Assembly: GCA_038211015.1 (NCBI GenBank)
Contig: JBBQVZ010000001.1
Location: 1-60,914, forward strand
Source: Actinomycetota bacterium
GTDB lineage: Bacteria > Actinomycetota > UBA4738 > HRBIN12
Direction: 5' to 3'
DNA length: 60,914 nucleotides
The position numbers and the translations under genes were made by a program. The notes under the pieces were generated by a model. It was not told where the DNA came from. It made no database searches and saw nothing but the letters and a program-made list of their open reading frames with translations. Position 1 is the first letter of the stretch. Each line of letters starts with the position of its first letter. Below, one piece after another: positions 56,536 through 60,914 of this stretch.

Positions 56536-56942
56536 GAGTCCTTCTTCCCATCCGAGGTCGATCGGGTGGATCCCGATCCGCCGGAGTTGGTTGCAGCGGA
56601 GCTCGATGCGGCCGTCTTCTCGGCGGGTTTCGAGGGCTCCTTCTTGTCCTTCTTCTCGCCCTTGGAGTCCGACGACCCCGTCGAAGCCGCCGGTTTCTCG
56701 CCCGACTTCTCGCCCGTCTTCTCGCTGGTCGTCTCGCCCGATCGCTCGGACGTCGACTTCGACTTCTTCCCGTGATCGGTGGCGTAGAAGCCCGATCCCT
56801 TGAACGAGATGGCAGGCGGCGCGAACACCTTACGCAGCTCCCCGCCGCACAGGGGGCAGACCGTGAGGGTCTCGTCGCTCATCGCCTGGACGACGTCGAA
56901 CGTGTGACCGCATGCTCGGCAGCGGTACTCGTACGTGGGCAT
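56532..56942 (-). CDS. FmdB-family zinc-ribbon protein with a disordered Ser/Lys/Glu-rich tail (M. tuberculosis Rv0991c/Ruc-like)
   Basis: MPTYEYRCRACGHTFD..CPLCGG. The C-terminal 80 aa are low complexity and include four 12-nt tandem units at 56695-56742. Confidence 0.85.
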   Translation of the reverse strand: MPTYEYRCRACGHTFDVVQAMSDETLTVCPLCGGELRKVFAPPAISFKGSGFYATDHGKKSKSTSERSGETTSEKTGEKSGEKPAASTGSSDSKGEKKDKKEPSKPAEKTAASSSAATNSGGSGSTRSTSDGKKDS

Positions 56943-57154
56943 GACGGGTCGAGTGTAGCGGAGGGTTCGAACGCGCCGGCCCCGCGTCGCGCGGCTGCGA
57001 ACCTGGCCTTTCGGCCGATGTCGTACGGACTTTCGGACTAGCCATCCAGCCGATGTTCGCGTCGCCCATACGAGCTACGGTCAACGCCTGCGATCACGGT
57101 GCACCGCGGCTCCGCGGAGCGCCACCCGGGGGGGCGATCCAAGGAGGACAGCGC

Positions 57155-57331
57155 ATGCGAGGGTCAGGGTTTGGGCGCGAGGCGCGACGCCGTCCCGAGT
57201 TGGACCTGTTGGTGGGCCCGCTCGAGGCGGCGACCATGGAGGACGACGGCGCTCCGGCCGACGTAGCCACGCTCGAAGACATCGAACTCATGGACCCGGC
57301 CGCACTTCCGACATCGCGAGAAGACGGATGA
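57155..57331 (+). CDS. possible small acidic protein (58 aa)
   Basis: AAGGAGGA lies 6 nt before the ATG at 57155. No family recognised. It sits in an otherwise empty 478-nt gap. Confidence 0.35.
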   Translation: MRGSGFGREARRRPELDLLVGPLEAATMEDDGAPADVATLEDIELMDPAALPTSREDG

Positions 57332-57420
57332 CGAGCGAGGTCACCGCCCACGCCTCGATAGGCCATACACTCGTGACTTCCCCCGCAGACGCGACGGGCA
57401 GGGCAACAGAGGGACGTTTC

Positions 57421-58299
57421 ATGCCGGTCAGGAAAGCTGTCATCCCCGCGGCAGGCCTCGGGACGCGCTTCCTCCCCGCGACCAAGGCGCAGCAGAAGGC
57501 CATGCTTCCCGTCGTCGACAAACCGTCCATCCAGTACGTGGTCGAGGAGGCGGTTCGCGCGGGGATGACCGACATCCTGATCATCACCGGGCGTGGCAAC
57601 CGCTCCCTCGAAGATCACTTCGATCGCTCCTTCGAGCTCGAGCACTTCCTGGAGTCGAAGGGCAAGTTCGACGAGCTGAAGCAGGTGCAGGAGATCAGCG
57701 ACATGGCGACGATCCACTACATCCGCCAGAAGGATCCGCTGGGTCTGGGGCACGCGGTCTCGGTGGCCGAGGATCACATGAACGGCGAGCCGTTCGCAGT
57801 GCTCCTCGGGGACGACCTGATCCACCACTCGATGCCGCTGCTGCAGGAGATGCTTCGCGTCCACGAGCGGTACGGCAGGAGCGTCATCGCCGTCCAAGAG
57901 GTGCGGCCCGAAGACATCAGCTTCTACGGATGCGTCGAGCCGGAGTTCGTCGAGGAGAACCTGGCCCGCGTCCTGTCGATCGTGGAGAAGCCGTCTCCGG
58001 AGGAGGCGCCGTCCAACCTGGCGGCGATCGGACGTTACGTGCTGACGCACGATATCTTCGACGCGCTGCGGGAAACGGAGCCGGGTCGCAACGGCGAGAT
58101 CCAGCTGACCGACGCGATCAACCTTCTCGCGAAGGAACAGGCGTTCTACGCGTACCGGTTCGAGCACGGGCGGTACGACGTGGGCAACAAGCTCGACTAC
58201 CTCAAAGCCACGGTCGAGTTCGCCCTGGAGCGCGACGACATCGGGGGCGACTTCCGTCTGTATCTGCAGGACCTGTTGCGGGACGCCACCCCCCACTGA
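57421..58299 (+). CDS. galU: UTP--glucose-1-phosphate uridylyltransferase
   Basis: KAVIPAAGLGTRFLPATK, VDKP.IQY and GLGHAV motifs. Confidence 0.9.
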   Translation: MPVRKAVIPAAGLGTRFLPATKAQQKAMLPVVDKPSIQYVVEEAVRAGMTDILIITGRGNRSLEDHFDRSFELEHFLESKGKFDELKQVQEISDMATIHYIRQKDPLGLGHAVSVAEDHMNGEPFAVLLGDDLIHHSMPLLQEMLRVHERYGRSVIAVQEVRPEDISFYGCVEPEFVEENLARVLSIVEKPSPEEAPSNLAAIGRYVLTHDIFDALRETEPGRNGEIQLTDAINLLAKEQAFYAYRFEHGRYDVGNKLDYLKATVEFALERDDIGGDFRLYLQDLLRDATPH

Positions 58300-58362
58300 C
58301 CTGGCTCTGCGAACAGCACTGACCTGGCTTTGCGAACAGCCTGGCTCTGCGAACAGCACTGA
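58294..58362 (+). repeat. tandem repeat: 23-nt unit x2, a 17-nt partial unit, and a terminal CACTGA
   Basis: CACTGACCTGGCTCTGCGAACAG (58294-316), CACTGACCTGGCTTTGCGAACAG (58317-339), CCTGGCTCTGCGAACAG (58340-356), CACTGA (58357-362). The first copy contains the galU His-stop codons. Confidence 0.85.
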
Positions 58363-58375
58363 GTAGACTGCGACC

Positions 58376-59638
58376 ATGGCCGAACGTCGTCACGTCCACG
58401 ACCACGACGACGTCACCGGGCTGGTCTCGGTCGAGGACGCGCGGCGCAACGTTCTGTCGGAGATCCATCCCCTCGCCCCCCTGCAGCTGCCGCTGACGGA
58501 AGCCTTCGGATGTGTGATCGCCGAAGACGTGATCGCCGATCGGGACCTTCCGGAGTTCGCATCCTCGGCCATGGATGGGTTCGCCGTGCGCTCCACCGAC
58601 GTGGCGGGCGCGACGCCCGGATCGCCCGTCGAGCTGAAGATCGTGGGCAGCGCCCGGATCGGTCGGAGACCGGACGCCGTGGTCGGCGGCGGTGAGGCCG
58701 TCCGCATCGCGACCGGAGCCCCGATCCCGGCCGGCGCCGACACGATCGTGCCGATCGAGAACGCCGAACCCGGTGGGGAGATGGCGACGATCTTCGACGG
58801 TCCACCGCCGGGTCAACACATCCGGCCCTCCGGCGAGGATGTGAAGGCCGGGCAGGTCCTGGTGCCGATGGGCAAGCGCCTGGGGCCGCCGGAGATGGGA
58901 CTCCTCGCGAACGCCGGCTTCCCACACCCGCTCGTGCATCCCCGGCCACGCGTGATCGTGCTGTCGACGGGCGACGAGCTGATCCCGCCGACCGAGTCGC
59001 CGGAGTTCGGACAGGTCCGTGACTCGAACGCCTACATGATCTTCTCGGCCCTGCGCGACGTCGGCGCCCAGCCGGTGCTGGCCGGCATCGTGAAGGACGA
59101 CGTCGACGCGCTCAAGGAGACCGTGCTTAGCTACCTGATCCAGGCCGACGCGTTCATCTCATCCGGCGGTGTGTCCGTCGGCGAACGGGACGTGGTGAAA
59201 GCCGCATTCTTCCGTCGAGGCGACGTCGACTTCTATCGGGTGGCGATGCAGCCCGGCATGCCGCAGGGGTTCGGTCAGATCGAGGGCAAGCCGTACTTCG
59301 GCCTGCCGGGCAATCCGGTCAGCGTGTTCGTCAGCTACGAAGTCTTCGTACGCCCGGCGATCCTGAAGATGATGGGCCGGACGCAGCTCTTCCGCCCGGA
59401 GGTGACCGCCACGCTCTCGGAGGACGTCGCCGGCCCGAAAGGCAAGCTCCAGTTCGCGCGGGTGCGGTTGGAGCGCAGCGGCGACGGTTGGATCGCCACG
59501 CCGACCGGTGCCCGCGGCTCGAACCTGATCTCGACGGTCGTCCGGGCGAACGGCCTCGCGATGGTGCCGGTAGGGACCGCCGTCGCGACGGCCGGCTCCG
59601 AGGTTCGCGTGATCGTGTTCCGCTCATCGGAGGACTGA
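58376..59638 (+). CDS. moeA: molybdopterin molybdenumtransferase
   Basis: SAMDGFAV, IATGAP.P.GAD and SGGVSVG motifs. Confidence 0.9.
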   Translation: MAERRHVHDHDDVTGLVSVEDARRNVLSEIHPLAPLQLPLTEAFGCVIAEDVIADRDLPEFASSAMDGFAVRSTDVAGATPGSPVELKIVGSARIGRRPDAVVGGGEAVRIATGAPIPAGADTIVPIENAEPGGEMATIFDGPPPGQHIRPSGEDVKAGQVLVPMGKRLGPPEMGLLANAGFPHPLVHPRPRVIVLSTGDELIPPTESPEFGQVRDSNAYMIFSALRDVGAQPVLAGIVKDDVDALKETVLSYLIQADAFISSGGVSVGERDVVKAAFFRRGDVDFYRVAMQPGMPQGFGQIEGKPYFGLPGNPVSVFVSYEVFVRPAILKMMGRTQLFRPEVTATLSEDVAGPKGKLQFARVRLERSGDGWIATPTGARGSNLISTVVRANGLAMVPVGTAVATAGSEVRVIVFRSSED

Positions 59639-59639
59639 G

Positions 59640-60131
59640 ATGGACGCGGAGATGGCGCGGCGGCAGATGGCGATGGCATCGGCCGCATCCGCGGCGCGGA
59701 TCGTCGAGGTGGGGGAGAAGCAGATCACCGATCGCGAGGCGACGGCGGAGTGTGTCCTGACCACGACCCCCGAGGCCTGCGCCCGGCTGATCGCGGGGAC
59801 CCGCAAGGGGAACCCGATCGAGGCCGCACGGGTCGCGGGTCTGATGGGGGTCAAGCGCACGCCCGACCTGCTGCCGTTCTGCCACCCCATCGCCGTGACG
59901 GGCGCGGAGGTGGTCGTCGAGCCGGATGAGAACGCCGGAACCGTCCGCGTGCAGGTGACCGTGCGGGTCAAGGATCGCACCGGGGCGGAGATGGAGGCGC
60001 TCACCGCTGCCGCCGTCGCCGCCCTGAGCCTCTACGACACGACGAAGGAGTTCGACCGCGCCGCACGGATCGACGGGCTACGGCTGCTCGCGAAGTCCGG
60101 CGGCAAGAGCGGCGACTATCGCGCCGAGTGA
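59640..60131 (+). CDS. moaC: cyclic pyranopterin monophosphate synthase accessory protein
   Basis: KGNPIE.AR.AG, KRT.DL.PFCHP, TGAEMEALTA.. and LYD motifs. Confidence 0.9.
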   Translation: MDAEMARRQMAMASAASAARIVEVGEKQITDREATAECVLTTTPEACARLIAGTRKGNPIEAARVAGLMGVKRTPDLLPFCHPIAVTGAEVVVEPDENAGTVRVQVTVRVKDRTGAEMEALTAAAVAALSLYDTTKEFDRAARIDGLRLLAKSGGKSGDYRAE

Positions 60132-60140
60132 CGCCGCGCC

Positions 60141-60854
60141 TCAGCGTCCCGTCAGCGAGAAGTGCATGTAGTCCTTGAGCGAGTGCCAGTCGCCGCCCCA
60201 GCCCCAGCCGATATCGGTGAAGGCCTGAACCACCACATCGGGCGGATGGATCATTCCCTGCCGATGCTGCGTGCGGTCGAGGTACGGCAGACACGCCTTG
60301 CGGAGCACCTCGCCGTCGCCCGTGACGTAGGGGTTCTGCGTCGGGTTGATGTCGATCGCCCACCCGTACGCGTGCTGTGAGAAGCCGCTCGTCTGACCGG
60401 TGACGGGACGGCAGCTGAAGGACGCGCTGACGTTCTTCGTGCTGAACCAGTCGGACGGCAGAGGCGGTCGCCATCTGGCCGCCAGCGCGATCTTCTGGAT
60501 GGGGAACCCCGCGTCGAAGAGTCGATGGAACACCCCGAGGACATCGTCGGCGACGGTCTCGTTGATGATCAGCGGGCCCTGCTTCACGCGTCCGCTGAAC
60601 GTCCAGTAGCTCACGGTCACGAGCCGGAGGTCGCGGATCGGGACGGGACAACCCGGATGCCAGTTCCGGCCGACGAGCTCGTCCCGAAGCTCCGCGTCGA
60701 TCCATCTGACCGACCCGTCGAACCCCGGCGACGGCGATGTCGTGGGGCCCGTCGTGAGCGTGCGGCCATCGCTCCTCGCCTGCGCCGCCGTGCAGGCCGC
60801 GAGCAGGATCGGGACGAGGGTCAGGGCGATGCGGCGACGATCCACGCCTCTCAT
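60141..60854 (-). CDS. M15-family (VanY/D-Ala-D-Ala carboxypeptidase-like) metallopeptidase lipoprotein
   Basis: Lipobox LLAAC. SQHAYGWAIDINP and DYMHFS zinc-ligand motifs. An alternative upstream start at 60902 is possible. Confidence 0.75.
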   Translation of the reverse strand: MRGVDRRRIALTLVPILLAACTAAQARSDGRTLTTGPTTSPSPGFDGSVRWIDAELRDELVGRNWHPGCPVPIRDLRLVTVSYWTFSGRVKQGPLIINETVADDVLGVFHRLFDAGFPIQKIALAARWRPPLPSDWFSTKNVSASFSCRPVTGQTSGFSQHAYGWAIDINPTQNPYVTGDGEVLRKACLPYLDRTQHRQGMIHPPDVVVQAFTDIGWGWGGDWHSLKDYMHFSLTGR

Positions 60855-60914
60855 CCTGCCACCGAACGATCCATAGGATGAGGGCCGGATGGCGGACAGC
60901 ATCTTCCGAACGGG

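Noticed and set aside
56950-56980. tRNA-like GGTTCGAAC (T-loop-like) sequence upstream of the FmdB-like gene.
   Set aside because: No complementary T-stem, acceptor stem or anticodon arm can be drawn around it.
58294-58362. The tandem repeats as a CRISPR array, or the spacer as a Moco riboswitch upstream of moeA.
   Set aside because: The units are contiguous with no spacers, and only 2.7 copies are present. The whole intergenic region is 76 nt, far shorter than a Moco RNA motif.

Overview
This is a very GC-rich (about 70% by eye, not computed), gene-dense chromosomal segment. It has actinobacterial hallmarks: many GTG/TTG starts, frequent 4-nt GTGA/ATGA gene overlaps, F420-type LLM and PPOX enzymes, an MptB-like GT-C glycosyltransferase, and the conserved block FmdB/Ruc-like zinc ribbon - galU - moeA - moaC. 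I call about 60 protein genes plus three decayed genes: a 5'-truncated MBL hydrolase, a VOC gene with an internal out-of-frame deletion, and a lipoprotein gene frameshifted in a C4/G4 run. I found no rRNA, tRNA, CRISPR, transposase, integrase or phage genes, so this looks like core chromosome and not an island. The content is mostly housekeeping or metabolic: arfB, fdxA, gpr/yghZ-like AKR, ypfJ, pirin, acyl-ACP desaturase, tldD/pmbA, uppP, mtnP, galU, moeA and moaC. It also holds signalling genes: two class III nucleotide cyclases (one a zinc-ribbon-cyclase-STAND ATPase-TPR giant) and an orphan HisKA_3 histidine kinase. I do not see a convincing new defence-type system. The best candidates for follow-up are: (1) a single-ORF kinase/phospho-lyase-type aminotransferase fusion in an operon with a BadF-type ATPase and pirin; (2) a translationally coupled LOG-PLD gene pair; (3) an orphan kinase followed by a tail-anchored beta-helix protein, DUF3224 and a serine hydrolase; (4) a GH25 muramidase with no canonical start codon, coupled by CTGA to a small secreted protein; (5) an interlocked divergent promoter/operator at a MarR gene; (6) a 23-nt tandem repeat that contains the galU stop codon. 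All family assignments come from motif recognition by eye. No database search was run.
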